From Marsupella aquatica (lineage: Eukaryota > Plantae > Marchantiophyta), in contig OZ316892.1 in NCBI GenBank assembly GCA_973895155.1, positions 2,793,223 through 2,857,222 on the forward strand: 64,000 bases of DNA. Reading direction: 5' to 3'. A program made the position numbers and the translations under genes. A model generated the notes under the pieces. That model saw only the letters and a list, made by a program, of their open reading frames with translations, did not search any database and was not told the DNA's origin. Below are positions 36,235 to 50,030 of the stretch, in pieces (position 1 is the stretch's first letter; each line of letters opens with the position of its first letter).

Positions 36235-39200
36235 TTAAAATTCAAGGGCCAAAGCCCGGTGGCGACTCAGGTCGGTGGAATAGTTGTCGCAGCTGTAAGG
36301 TTCTTCACAACTGCCTGAATCGGTTCCAGAATCGGTTGATTCCCGCCCCAATGAACTTAATGCAGACGACATATCCACGTCCATGTCCTCATCCATCAAC
36401 AGGCTGATCACCTGGCTCACGCAAGGTCGCCACACGGCTGACTGCCTTATACACAAGGTAGCAGCGAGTAGAACCCGGTGCATCTCATCAGTATCATACA
36501 CATTCTCCAGCCTTGGATCCACCAGCTCTTGGATGTTTTCTGCCTCCAAATGCGGCCTTGCCTGCAGAGGAAAGGCTGCCAATGTCAATACGATTCCAAT
36601 GAAGCTTGAGGGCAATCGGGTCAATTGGATCACAACCACATTAACAACGTGTGCTCAAAGGGTAGTGAAGTGACATTGTACGAGTATTTAGTTTTGCAGT
36701 TGTAAAGTACTTACCCACATGACGAGGCTTTGTTGAGCATTATCAATTGCCCGCCGTCCAGTAATCAACTCCAGTAGTAATACACCATAGGCAAACACAT
36801 CCGTCTTCTCATCCACAATGCCATGCATGAAGTACTCTGGCGCAAGGTACCTGAGACAGCAATCGAACAAACTCAGAACCCCGACCAAATGGCAGTCTTC
36901 TTCGGCAACCTCTCTACTCAAACATCCAATCTCTCTTTCTGTACCTCTCGAGAACCAATGACCAATTTCTAACACAATGCTGGACAGGGCGGGAGGCCAA
37001 ATCACGTACCCGAATGTGCCTTCCACTGGGGTGACAGTGTGGTGGGTCCAGTGCTCTGGAAGCCATTTGGCGAGTCCGAAATCGGAAATTTGAGGTTCAA
37101 AGTCCTCTCCAAGCAAAATGTTGGAGGCTTTTATATCTCGGTGAATAATACGCCGGGGACATTCCTTGTGCAAGTAGTGCAAGCCACGAGCAACGCCGAC
37201 TGCCGTCCTGAACCTTACAGACCACTCTAGCACCTGAGGCTTCACTCCTGCAATCAAATGACGTCCTTGTAATCGTCAGAGGTGCGTGTGGGAATCACAA
37301 TCATATGCAATTTCCTCGGCGCAACCGAGTAGAAGGCACACAAGTTCGCAAATGAAACTGGGGGAACTTACCGTAAAGGAATGTCGCCAGACTACCATTG
37401 TGCGAGAAACGGAAGACGAGATGTAAACCTCCTTCAATACAGAAGCCAATGAGTTCATTAGCGTTCGGATGACTGACATGAGAGACGATTCCGAGCTCTG
37501 TCAGGAAGAAGTGCTCCTTCTCTTCCTCTGTTTCGCCCTTGGTGAGCTTCTTCACTGCAATTAGGCTCCCATCCGCGAGTATTCCTTTATAAACGTGGGC
37601 GTAACCTCCCTTCCCGACGATATTATCTGCAATAGACAACGTAGTAAATAAGTACGTTCCATGGTCTGCTTCTTCGTGAGGCACTACCGACAGGTCCACC
37701 GAGGAAAACTCTTTGTTCATGAAATCAGTTTGACGCAGGCTCCTCGACGGGGCAAAAGCTCACCTGGATTGAAGTTATCTGTGGCAGCAGAAAGCTCCTC
37801 TGAAGAGAAAAATCTCCAGTGAGGCTTCCCCGTGAGCGCCGAGCGCAGCATTGCACTCGCTTGTTCTCTATCCAAGCTTGGGGAAGGTGTGAGAGGGTGA
37901 GGGCCCTGACATAGTCTGAGAACACTCTGCGCCAGAAAGTTGGACGGGCTTCTCTTGGGGGCCTTGTGATTGGAGGCAGGAAAGGTATTCCACCGTCGCA
38001 TGGACATGCTCTTCCATAGTGTCAAACACGGCCTCTGTCGATCCGAGTTTCGGCCTTCGTCACTGCTAGATGATATAGGCGACAGCAACGACTTTCTACA
38101 ATTCTGTGGCGACCATCCGCCTTGATTATTGTAACTTCCTGAAGGAGAACTGTTACAAGAGTCTGCAAACGATTCTAGTCCATCAAGCACCCCTCTCGGA
38201 GATAGAGCTTCCCCATGGTCTTGATACCCACTCATTTGGCTCGCCGCTCTGTCGGTTGAATCCCTCCTCGAGGCCTTGTCGGTAGAGCTCCGTCCTCCCT
38301 CAAACGGGGGAGAGTATTTTGCAGTCACCACCTCCTTTGAGGCCTGCTTGCATGACGCTGAACTGAAGGGAGCCGGAAATCCTTTGTACCTCGACTTAGC
38401 CAGAAGCTGCTGAGTATCTGCATTCGCCAAATGCCGTAGACATGGCTGCGTAAGTATCGAGGAGACCAAACCCATGTATTGAAGCAAGAACGGGGTGTTT
38501 ACTAGAGATCACCCAATCAAAATGCAGGGCCACCACCAACGACGGCAGAGGATCCCGAATGACTCACGTTTGCAAAGACATCTTTAGAAATGATTGAAAA
38601 AGGAATGAGCGCATTTCCAATGGGAGTGATACGAGAATGATCAGAGGCCGGTATGATTCAGTCAGTGACAAGTCAGTGGAGATCAAAGGAACCACACGTC
38701 TCTCGCCATGTGATAGAATAAGAGAGCTTTACGCCATGTGATAGAATAAGAGAGCTTTACCTTCGCTTTGCGGCGAGGAGCTACCATCGTAGGAGCATTT
38801 CGGGCGGTGTTCTTTGTAGAGAAGTATTTTCTTGTTGCTTACAACAACAACAGAGCAGCCCGGAGCCGCATGCCGAGAGCAGTACCCAGCTGAGCCTTGT
38901 ATTCGCCTGGTGACGTCAACAACCAAGCCGCATTGTGAGCAAGGCCCGACTAACATAAGCCCATACAACAAAGACAGCAAACAGTGAAAGATTTCGCTCC
39001 CTCATCGAAGGTCATGATCACAATTAGAGCGCCGCACATGTCACCGTCGGCTCCCGTGCAACGATAAAAGCTAACCAGACTCAGACAGGAAAACAGAGCC
39101 CGAGAAAAAACGCAAATCGCAAAAAAGGAGATAGCTGTGTCTTCAACGATTTGTGCAACGGCAGTGACTAGCAGCATCCGGAAAAACATGTTCGAATTGA

Positions 39201-40296
39201 CCCGCCTTTTCAAACACGAACACATCGGCTAGTAATGATGAGAGCATGAGTCGCCTGCACGTCTCTCCTCTAAAAGACGTTACAACTGGACACTTCCATT
39301 GAGGGAAGGAAGGGAAGGCCATCGTACCAGGGGGCAACGTGTCGACGTGATGTACTTAAGATAAGCAGCGTCGCTCCCAAAGCAGAAGCCTCGTCGACTA
39401 ATGTCTGTTCCAAGACATCGCTGAACACCACTCTCAGTTGAGTGCTGAGCTGCATTTACCAACAATGGGACAAGACTGTCAGCTATTGAATTTATACATT
39501 ATCAATCCACCTGATCACACTAGATGATCGTGAGTACACCGAAAATATGTGTCCACCAAGGGGCGTGACCAACAGAAGGACCATCAAATCAAGCCGACAC
39601 ATGAGAAGATGAAAGAAGTTTTCAGCTCGCAAGTTATTTCTCGTTCATAATACCGGGTGCAGAAAGGTGCCAGAGTGTAGCGTTAGTGAGGATCCGTCTA
39701 CTTACGTCTTTCTCAGTGACGAGATCTCTGAAGGGATCGAGTAAGGTTAGAATATGTGCTTTGACGTCCTCCATATGCTTCGCCATTCCATCTTCGTCCA
39801 ATCCTGCGCCAATAACGAAGGAAACGAAATAAGAAAGACGAGCAAAAAGGAGACCTCATGACGTACAGACGAGTAGGTGCTCGTAGAATTTAAAGAGATT
39901 TGGTGAGAATGCCAAACACCACATCAGAGAAAATAATTACAGAGCTCAGACAATGTGTCTCTCCTCCCCTTGGCCAGATGATGTACCTTTCCCAGCAATG
40001 GACGCATGCTCGATTATATGCAGTACCACGAAGTGGTCCCCAGCGTGTGCTGCTGTGTTGAAGGCCCAGGAAAGCAGCTCCGTGGGCTCCTGCTGTAAAC
40101 TTAAACCTACGACCAACGTCTCGGGGGATAACATCCTGCTCGTCTCGATTTCAAATCGCTTTGGGGTGTAGCAAAAGCGGTCCTGCTCGTCGTTGGCATC
40201 TGCCGCTGCTACAAACTCCACACCCAGAGGCGCTCCTCTAGTTCCCTCCGCGGAGACCGTGCTCCACATATGCCGAGAGTTCAACACTTGCACCAT
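36235..40296 (-). CDS. Receptor-like cytoplasmic kinase, RLCK-VI (ROP-binding kinase-like) with N-terminal USP-like domain; exons 40296-39987, 39803-39706, 39449-39328, 38906-38761, 38417-37764, 37626-37372, 37247-37010, 36850-36715, 36561-36235
   Basis: GT-AG exons join in phase. USP-like LVVGLSL...ELLSWAF..AAHAGDHFVVLHI and GYCSRHAAPGCSVVVV. Kinase motifs WRFFSSEELSAATDNF, GKGGYAHVYKG, AVKKL, FLTELGIVSHVSHPN, IIHRDIKASNILL, DFGLAKWLP, GTFGYLAPEYFMHGIVDEKTDVFAYG. The C-terminus ends RHRALALEF. Confidence 0.94.
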
Positions 40297-43200
40297 ATCC
40301 AACTAAACTAAACTATTCACTACACTCTCCTCCTTCCATCTCCCCACTGCAAGTAAGTCCCAAGTGCAACCATTTGATAGACTCGCCCTCCCTTTTTCAA
40401 ATCGCGACCTGGTTTGCGGGGATCACCATATTATTTTTCCTGTCCATTGCTCTGCGTTTGATCCTAAGTGTCGTTCAGCCTGGTGGTCTACCTCTGGGTC
40501 ACTTCCTCCACCCTTCCGTAGGTCTGAAATCCTCCTTCCGATGTCTCGTAAACTCCTGAAATCAGTCTGCCCTTCCAAAACAAAATGAACTAGATCGAAC
40601 TAGATCGTTTGTATGAGATGTCTAGAACATCTTGAGCGCCTACCATTCAGTTGGTGATGAAGGCTGCACCTCTGCTGCGTTGCAAGCGCAACACATTTAA
40701 CAGTGCAATCACAGTTTTCCGAGTGCAATCACAGTTTTCCGAGTGCAAATGCAAGGAAAAGAAAATTGTGATGGATCAAGACCCGTGCACGACACCCCCC
40801 GGTCCTCCTGCTCCTGTTCGGGCACCTTACCTCTGCATCCAAGAACTCAAATGACAAGCGGCGTCCCCCTTGGCTGAGGAGCTTGGCAAGATAGACTTTC
40901 GTTCACAGGAACGACCTCGAAATGATGAGCTTCTTCCACGAAGTGGACCACACGGGAGCGACGTGTCCGCTTAATTCTGAGCTGCTCTGACGCAGAATAG
41001 GAGATCAGAGCAAGTAATCAAGAGCTAGCGAGCGCTCTTTGCGAGAAAGCAACTCGGCAGACTGTAGTGATTCAAAACCGGAAGGGAACAACTCGAAAAA
41101 GTGTCTTTCACAGAAGCACGGGAGGGTAGATGGAAGTATCCGTTTTAAGCGGAACTAAGTAAACGAGTTCGAAAAAGATTTGTTTTAGATGAGTTCGGCT
41201 CTCTGCTTCTCCAATACCTTAGAGCTTGAGGAGAACTGTTACCGGCTCCAATCAAGATCCTAACAAAGTCGGAAGAATCAATAACGCCTTCCTCTACCGT
41301 CCTCGGGAGCTGCTGGACTAGGCCAGAAGAGCACAAATAAAGAGCGATCCTTTTAAGTATACAGGAGGATGCGGAAGAAATTTGTTTGTAACTTACGGGA
41401 ACCTACAAACAGGGGGAACATCTGAGCCGTGAAACCCGGGTGGTTCCTCGTTCACGAAGGCACAAGCCACCCCGCCACCACATGGCACTTCCTCTCTTCC
41501 CCCATCAATTCTTTGTTCTCTATCAGCTGTATTATTATCGATGAAAACAGTGATTCCAAACCACCGCGATAATCGTAAACCCTCTATTCCTCACGAGTTG
41601 TCCAGAAAGAAGAAAAACCCGAAAAATGCACGAGGTTCTGCAAATGCGAACCCCTATCGGTACACCACGCTATCGAGCTCCGACTACTGGATCAGACAGA
41701 GAGGGGCCTTCCACTTCCCAAAAGTCGTCTGTATGAAATAAAATCCTCCCTCACTGTAGCTCTCGAAGGGCTTTCGGTCAGTGGTCACTAATCAAATCAC
41801 TCCTCGTCACCAATCACTCTTAATCTTAAAAGTAATAAATCTCTCCCTGACTCAAAATCGGCACATCCTCGAACAAATCTTCTACGGATTCTATCTCTCT
41901 CGTCCGTCGCTTTCGTTCTTCGGAATATCTTACTTTCTTTCACTTTCTCAGCGGAGGAGGCTGTTGATAACTATAATAACTCTAACAACAGGAAGAATCT
42001 ATCGTGCACTTCTTTACTCCTCTGACTCCTCCTCGTCCTCCCAGCTGCGGGCTGGGCTGTGGCTGCTCTCTGCTCTCTGCTGCTGCTTCCGACGAAGCAC
42101 CAATAAAAGTTTGAGCACGTCAATCATTCACTGCCCCCCAGATGAACAGTACTCGGAGAAGAGCACACACAGCACACATCCGTAATGAGTCCGGTCGACT
42201 ACCTCATCACTCGCTCTCTGTCGCTGATTGCCTCTCTTGATGATTTCCCTTGCTCACCCTGTTCCACAAATGATTCCTTCTGATTTCCTTAGTTTAGTTC
42301 ATTCCCTTGAGGCCATGTGAGCCCCAGGCGCCAATTAATTTCCAGCCCGTCGAAGCTCCACCTGCGCAAGGGAGAGACGCTAGATCGAAGGGACAGCGCC
42401 AGACAGGCCCGGAGAGGCTGAGATTGCGTCGAGAATGAGAACACGAAATGGGGAGAGCGAGCTCACTTCACTGCATGACGCAAGAAGAGCACAGAGGAAT
42501 TGAATGACCACCCTCGGTCATCAAGCATCTCGAACCAATCCAGTGCACCGTGCCTATGCCCCCGCCAGATTCAAACACGTAGGAGAGATGCTTCCACACT
42601 CATTATTATTAGAAACGCAATCAATCCAGCGCTCCACCTCTCTGCATGGACAGATTTGTCGACACTCCAGAGTGCCAAAGGGAGCAGAGGAGGAGAACGA
42701 ACAAACGAACTAGAGCGAGAAATTGCGCGCACAAGAGAACACAAGAGAAGAGAAGAGAAAAGTCGGGAGGAAGGAAAAGGAGTAGAGGAGACTGCACTGG
42801 AGGCGCCGTCAGCGAATCGCCCCCGCAACGGACGGCGAAGGGGGCCGGGTCGGGAGGAGGCGGGACGGGGAGACCGGACTACCGGAGACCAGTGGTCAGT
42901 GCAAGGAGACCTTCTAGTGGACTCCTACTGAGTTAGCCGAGGGAGACACGGGCCCTCGCGTGCCTAGAGGACTAGACTAGAGGCGGGCTAGCTAAAAGCT
43001 ACAGTGCTAAGTTTACCGGTGGTCTAGTAGGGTACAAATTGGAAATGGGATCTTTTGGCATCCGTATGGGTGGCTGGCCGCTATGGGTTGCGGGCTTGCG
43101 GCTTTGGCGCTATAGGCTATGGGCTATAATTGATTATTTATGCGATTCGCGAGGGAGAAGGGATCGGTATTTCGGTACAGTACATAAGTACATGATATTT

Positions 43201-46200
43201 TTTTTATTTATTTTTTTTCTTGAAAGGTGGATGATATACAGTACAGCCGTCTCCGTTAGTGCAATGAATAGATAGCTATTTAACATTTTGGTTGACAAAA
43301 TATTTATGGCTTTTGTGAACTCTAGAAGTAGCAAGGATCTTATTGTAAACACTGACTTATCAATGTCGGCATTGTTCTTAGAATTGTTACTAAAATGAAA
43401 CGTATTTTATGTTTTGTGCAGGCCGTTGTGCTCTGGTACTCGATCTCCGTGTAAGAGCGGGTGGTTTCACATGAGTTTGTAACTATTAAAAAGAGCATAT
43501 ATGGACTGATTCTGGAGGGATTGCTTCCTAGTGATAGCCCCTATCCCTAACTAAATCAGTCTCTACAGTCACAACCTACAGTTTTGCCATATTTTGGTAA
43601 CAATGCTACATTTCACAACCCCTAGCTATACCATATTTGGCATAAATAGCAGCCACAAGTGATGCCTCTATCCTGGCCTGTACTCCTAGTTGTGCTAAAA
43701 GTTTCTCAACATGTCATCCTGGATATGCTTGAGATTTTGCCAGGGTAAAGACAACACACCACTTTGGAGAGGATAGAGGCTCATGACTGATTCCAATACA
43801 GGGCCTTTCATAATTTTAGGCCTGAAAATGATGGGTTACATTTTGGGTTTAGTAGTCACTCACACCCGATGCAGATGCTCTAACCTTGGTGAATGTTGCT
43901 GTGTACAGTAGATGGGCAAGTCATGTTTTTTTTCCTTTATTTCAAAGCAAGCCCTGGTAGCCCTGGTAATTTTGGCCATTAGTGTATCACGTAAGTATGG
44001 AAACCAAACTGAGAGCGACCTAACCCAAAGGGTCCCAGTTTGACTTTGTTTTTTTTAAGGTAGTTAAGAATAATTATGCAAGTTTGAGTAAACGTGGTAA
44101 CACCGGTGTAAATTTAGGACATTTAGATGCAATACATGCTTAATATGTAACCAGGTCTCAAGAAATGGAATTACATGTACACGCATCATAAAAATCAACC
44201 TAGGACTTTGGTTACATAATTCCTGGATCCCAATCTGGACATTCTGCTCAATAAAGCACGAAAATTACAAAGAGAAAATCACTTAGGCCATATTAAGCTG
44301 GTCAACTTGGATCCACAACTGGTAGAGAATACCCCAAGGCTCCAACATTTGTGACAGGATGGTTTAATATCAAGTGAGTGGTTTAGAACATTCAGGCTTG
44401 CTAAGCCAATCTTTGTGAAGGTGGTCTAATTTAGAAAGATATTTTCCACTTTTAGCCACCCCATACTTGCACTCACCTCACCAAGTTGTTGGCTCTTTGT
44501 TTTATCTTGGGAGGGTGGAGGGTAAGCGGTGCACCAAAGATAATTCACTTCGTGAAGGGGCCCAGGGATGCTTACTGACCAAGTAGCCCAATTGAGTCAT
44601 GTGATGACCTCATCCTCTATCCCCAGAAATTGCACAAGCAAATGCCCATCCACAAACAGTTTGCTCCTCAAAAAGGTTTATATTTCCAAAATAACGTACG
44701 CGCTAAGTCTCAGGTGGTGGACCAACATAAGCTTACTTCTTGTTTTGCCTGGAAACCAAACTTTGATGAAAATAAGATAGGACGAAGACTCACCCTGCCA
44801 CATCATATTATCAAATCTGACGTGTGATTCTGGTTCTCAACTGGATTGGCCAAATTCTTAGATACGACAATCAAGTGTATCTTACTTGATACAGACCTTC
44901 GGGCTCCCCCTCCCTGCATAAACTAATTACAATGATCCTCGTGTGGAGGGCCACACATCACGCAAACCATACCCAAGCCAGGTAGTCATAGTATTGTGAC
45001 GTGTGTATCATATAAGGATACATTTTCACTGTGAACATTTATTGCCATTTCTTTTCCTGAAGGAGGGGAAAGAAAGGGAAATCTAGCCAAAGTGCCATTC
45101 ACTGTAAGGAATGCTTGGATGGACCACTCCCATGAACCTTGCAACCTGGACCGACAAAGTTACTGCTTACAAGAAAAGTATGAATTCTCTTCCAAAGGAA
45201 ACATGCTTCGTGAAAGAAAAAATTGTGTTTTTCAATCCACCTAGGTTGTGCCGTGGATTCAGGAATGTGGTCAAATGTTTAGGTCGATTGGGGTTTTAGT
45301 TTGCCATTTCCTAGCTTGTTTTTATATTTTTCAAAATTGGGAGCTTTATTACCTACCAGTGATACATGAGAACAAGCTACATGGACATTCACTTGCTTTC
45401 TGTTTTGCTAATCTAGTGTATGTGGGTTGGGACGTAAATTTGTGATGCCCTTTCCAAATTCTACTGGGACCTTCTGTGGATATAACTATTTAAGGTTTCT
45501 TTTGCAGAAAAGACAAAGAAATACTGTCTGATGCTAAAGTTTGTTTTAGGGAAACTGCCCATAAGCAAACTTCACAACTGAGTTGCGAGCTGGGAAAGCC
45601 ATGTAGACAATATTTAGAGTTTTACATAAATTGGGACTGAAAGCAAAGTATTATATCACCTGGCCAAAAGGACCTAGAGACCCAAACAAGGAGACAGGAT
45701 TCCCAAGGGACCAGGGGAAAACCCATAGGACGACCAAACACTAGACTCAGCCCAAGATTACCCACCAAAGGCAAAAGAAAACTAAAACCTCAAGAGGCAT
45801 CCGGAGAGGCATCAAACTAAAACTCTAGTGGGGAAGCAAACCCAAAAGCCTGGTAAAGCTCCCAAGTACATTGCATTAAAGGGTCACGTAGAGGTATTGA
45901 GAAAATGGGGTTGTCATCTGTGAGAGAGGGTTACCATAAGGTTACTCCAACTTCATACAACCTTTCCCAAATGATATTCAAAATCTTTCGGGACCTATCC
46001 TGGTTAGATAAGCAGCAAAAACAATTTCCTTCCAAAGATAACTGAAGGTGTGAGACTTCCTAAACGAAAAGAAAATAGTTTGTATTGTGCTGTGTCGTGC
46101 TCATTCTGATGTTAAGAAGAATAATTATTCGTTCTTTTAGATGATAAATGAATACCAACCCACGCAAAAATATATTAGTAGTGGGTGACTTGGTACCCCT

Positions 46201-47570
46201 GTACTCTACTCATTGCTCCTGGATTGCCCTTACTTTTAAAGCCCTCCCCACATGTCAGTTTTTTAGAAGACTCCAAATTCTTCTGAAAAAATAGGTGGAG
46301 CTTTCATGTAGTTCTCACATGATGACTCTATAGCTATAATTAACTCATTAAAAATCTTAAATTTAGGGGGAAAAGCTGTTGAGTAGTTGAAAGAGTTTAG
46401 TGATAAGTGACTCATTCAAATTCATAACTTTAGGTACAAAGAAACGGGAGTAGGTAAAAAGTCCTGACATGTCAAGTGCCTATTATTTATAAAATGTTTA
46501 TAATCAATGATGATAAGGATTGAAAAATAAACGCAAACTAAAGAGGGCAAAAATAATTTCAAAATACAATCTAATTAAACTAAGTAACCTGGGTAAACAA
46601 GGTACGCCAGGATTCTCCTCCAATTAAAGCATGTTATTCAGTGTGGGGGTCGAATATCCTCTGGCGTCATATTGTCTGGACACATCTTGGTGGCACTCAC
46701 CTCCTATACGGCAGGATTAAAACTGTTCATTTATAGATGTAATTTAGATGTCAAAACAGACATTCCCCATAGATTGCATAAAGCAATTGTCACTTTTATT
46801 GAAAATAAAACTAATGTGAAATATATATCCATGTCGCAGATTGCAGTTGAAAATTTTGAAAATTTTGGGAAAAAAATAGTCAAAAATTCATAATGATCTT
46901 GAGTAATAGCATGATATCTTCATTATTTCCAGGTTCAAGTAGTCAAGTTACCTAGGAAAGTGATAAGGCAATGTTATTGAAACCAGTTGCGAATAATATG
47001 GGGACCATTCATAGGTCACATATTTAGTCAAAAATGTAAAAAATATTATCAGAATCAGTTCAAATGTTCTGAGCAAATCTATTTAAGCTTGGCCGGTATA
47101 TCCGGGCTTCATAGATAAAATGTAGATTTATTTGGGCTTTAGTTTCCTAAATGTCGATGCAAAAACATCTGAGAAACAAATTATAATATAATAAAAAGCA
47201 TAAATGTTTCAACCCTCAAGCGGAATAGTCGAATAGATTTCTAATGTTTTTGTCTAAACGCATTAACTTTCTGACACCGTATGTTCATCTCCCCCAGTAG
47301 GGCAAACTGTGCAAAAATGATAATATACTGAAGTGGTGTAAATGAAAATGCTTTCTTGATGAATACCATTATGGCCATCATTATGCCATGAAGGGAAATA
47401 ATTACTGCTAACTAAATGCATCCCACGAGATCAGTGAGACAAAGTTTCGCTGAGGACATCTGTCCTCAGAATGTCCTCTAGAGATTTTTGGAGAGACACT
47501 TTGCCAAGCTCTTAATGAGGAGCATGGCCTTACCACTTTATCCTCTGCTCTTGTTGGCAACAACACCTGT

Positions 47571-49314
47571 TTCGAAAATTCAGGGAGACGAGTCCTTGCA
47601 TTGTCATTCAATGTGCCTCGATTCTCCCCCACAGCCCACTGGAATGCTCTCTTCATTTTTGTGTCTCACTTCAGTTTCAGGCCAGTTCCATTTTTGTGTC
47701 CCAGTTCAGTTTGGAAGAGGGCACAGATTTTTGAGGGGTTCTAATGTTTAACTCTTACAACTTATTCAAAAATAATGTACAAGTTCTACAATATCAATTT
47801 TAAAAATATCAATATATTTTTAATATAAATTTTAAAATAATTATAAATGATTAAATGGTAATGAGCATGGAGAATTGATGCATAGAAGTAATGTGTGACC
47901 TAGGGTATTGGAGCTCAGTTGAGACTACGATGTGGCGTGTTCAAGGCACATGACTGGCAATTTTTCTTTTCTTTGATTGAGGGCATGGAAATGAATGAAC
48001 CTTAGAGGGGGGGGGGTGTCTAATTGTATTTGAATATGGAAATCAGAAATGATATACATACATATATATATGGGGGGTTCAAGTAATTTGGAGATAGAAA
48101 AATTAACCAAGGAGACACCCATCAGAGCCAGGGAGATAACCCAACCTCTTTTATTAGTTTCTTGTACCTGCCCATTGTTGTGAGGTGCCAATCATGTTCC
48201 TGGTGGGGTAGCTGCTTTCAATCTTAGGAAGAATCCAACAAAAGAGGTGAATACAAGAAGCCAACAAAAGAGGTTAGTAACTGGTCAAAAGGCAAACAAT
48301 ATTAGAGGTGGTGTTGAGACAGGAGAAGAAAGGCCTTAATTGTGCAACAAGCTGAGAAACCAGTAAGACAAAAGAAAACCCTATGAAAAGAGCATAAAAA
48401 CCAACCCAGCAGAAGGCCCCTATGAAGCGAGTCCAAAAGTATGTGGTAGAGAAGACAATGCCAGGATTGGGAAGTGTGCTCCAACTGACAGGGTTTTGAA
48501 AGTTTGCAAGGAATTGGTACAAGCATGGTTCCTAGTTCTTTGAGTGTCTTGACAAACGTGTCAAGCACAGCCCCTTTGGTAGACTCTGTTGTTTCCCAGG
48601 GTAGCCAACTTAGACTATTTCCAACCTTGTATGTAGAAAAGATATGTGATTAAGTGATAAATGGTTTTTTATGTGATCATGTCTCCTCAAATGTTCTGTT
48701 GCTGCTATATATGGCGCCCCTTGTTCCATATCCCCAAGTCCAATTGTTTTGGACATTATTTTAATTTTTATCCCTGGCTCTGATGGGTGTCTCCTTTGTT
48801 ATTTTTTCTATCTCCAAATTACTTGAACCCCCCATATATATCTCATTTACCATTCCATATTCAAATACAATTAGACCCCGCCCACCCCTCTAGGGTTCAC
48901 TCCTTTCCATGCCCTCAATCAAAGAAAAGAAAAGTCGCCCTTTGTGTGCCTTGAACACGCCACTTCGTAGTCTCAACTGAGCTCCAATACCCTAGGTCAC
49001 ACATTACCTTGTGCATAAATTCTCCATGCTCATTACCATTTAATCCTTTATACTTATTTTATATTAAAAAATATATTGATATTTTAAAACTTGATATTAT
49101 AAATGTAAATTATTTTTGAATAAGTTATTAGCGTCAAGCATTAGAACTCCTCAAAAATATGTGCTCTCCTCAAAACTGAACTTGGACCCAAAAATCGGGC
49201 TGGCCTGAAATTGAAGTGAGACAACAAAATGGAAAGAACATTCCGGTGGGCTGTGGAGGAGAATCGAGGTGCATTGAATGACAATGCAGGGACTCGTCTC
49301 CCTGAATTTTCGAA
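47571..49314. mobile_element. Long inverted repeat / foldback element: arms ~47571-48135 and ~48770-49314, spacer ~630 bp
   Basis: The left arm runs TTCGAAAATTCAGGGAGACGAGTCC... to ...GGAGACACCCATCAGAGCCAGGGA and is mirrored by TCCCTGGCTCTGATGGGTGTCTCC...GGACTCGTCTCCCTGAATTTTCGAA. Opposite-strand ORFs share SKIQGDESLHCHSM.LDSPPQPTGM. Confidence 0.85.
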
Positions 49315-49604
49315 GCGCTGGTAGTGCTCGACTGCTCGGTGCTTCGGTTAACTTCAGTCGTGGGAGATGTGCACATTAATGGTACTCCAAGGACACCCTT
49401 CACGAAATCGCACGCCTCGCCAAAAACATCAATGCTGAAAAACATTAAAAAATCCCAAAGTCCCCATTGAATGAATGAAGGATGAGAAGTAGTCGAGAAC
49501 ACAATTACTCACATTATTATGAGAGGGAGGATATGAACCTTGGTGCAATTCTCTCTCTCAGAAGGGGAGAGAATTAACACGAGCGGCTCTCGAAATCTCT
49601 TTTT

Positions 49605-50030
49605 GGGGGCATATAAAGGTGGGGCATGCAAAAGGCAGAACTAAGTGGATGAATGAATACGATAGTTGACCTATAAACGTACGCCATGGGGCCCTTGTGA
49701 ATGCCTAAATTTTGCACCATGTAAAGGAAGCACAAGGTTCATCCACAGTGACTGAATTACATCCCATTTGGGGGGGCTGTATAAAGATGGAGCATGCGAA
49801 AGCCACAACTAAGTGGATGAATCATGAATGAATACCATAGTTGAACTAGAAAATTACGTCGTGTGGCTTGGTTAACGTCTAAATTTGGTACCATGTAAAG
49901 ATCTAAAGGAAAAGCCAGCACAAGCTTCATCAGTTCATCACATTCAGTGGATGGATGAAGAGCATCGTTGAACTATAAAGGCGCATGTGGTTTTGAAAAA
50001 CTTTTAGTTTGGTTCCACATAAAGGAAGAG
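49605..50030. repeat. Diverged ~170-bp tandem repeat (2-3 copies)
   Basis: TATAAAG.TGG.GCATGC.AAAG...AACTAAGTGGATGAAT...ATAGTTGA.CTA...CTAAATTT...ACCATGTAAAG...AGCACAAG.TTCATC recurs. Confidence 0.65.

Noticed and set aside
41541-42936. ORFs of 66-143 aa upstream of the kinase gene
   Set aside because: Low-complexity, mostly non-ATG starts and no domain similarity. Better explained as the kinase promoter, 5' UTR and introns.
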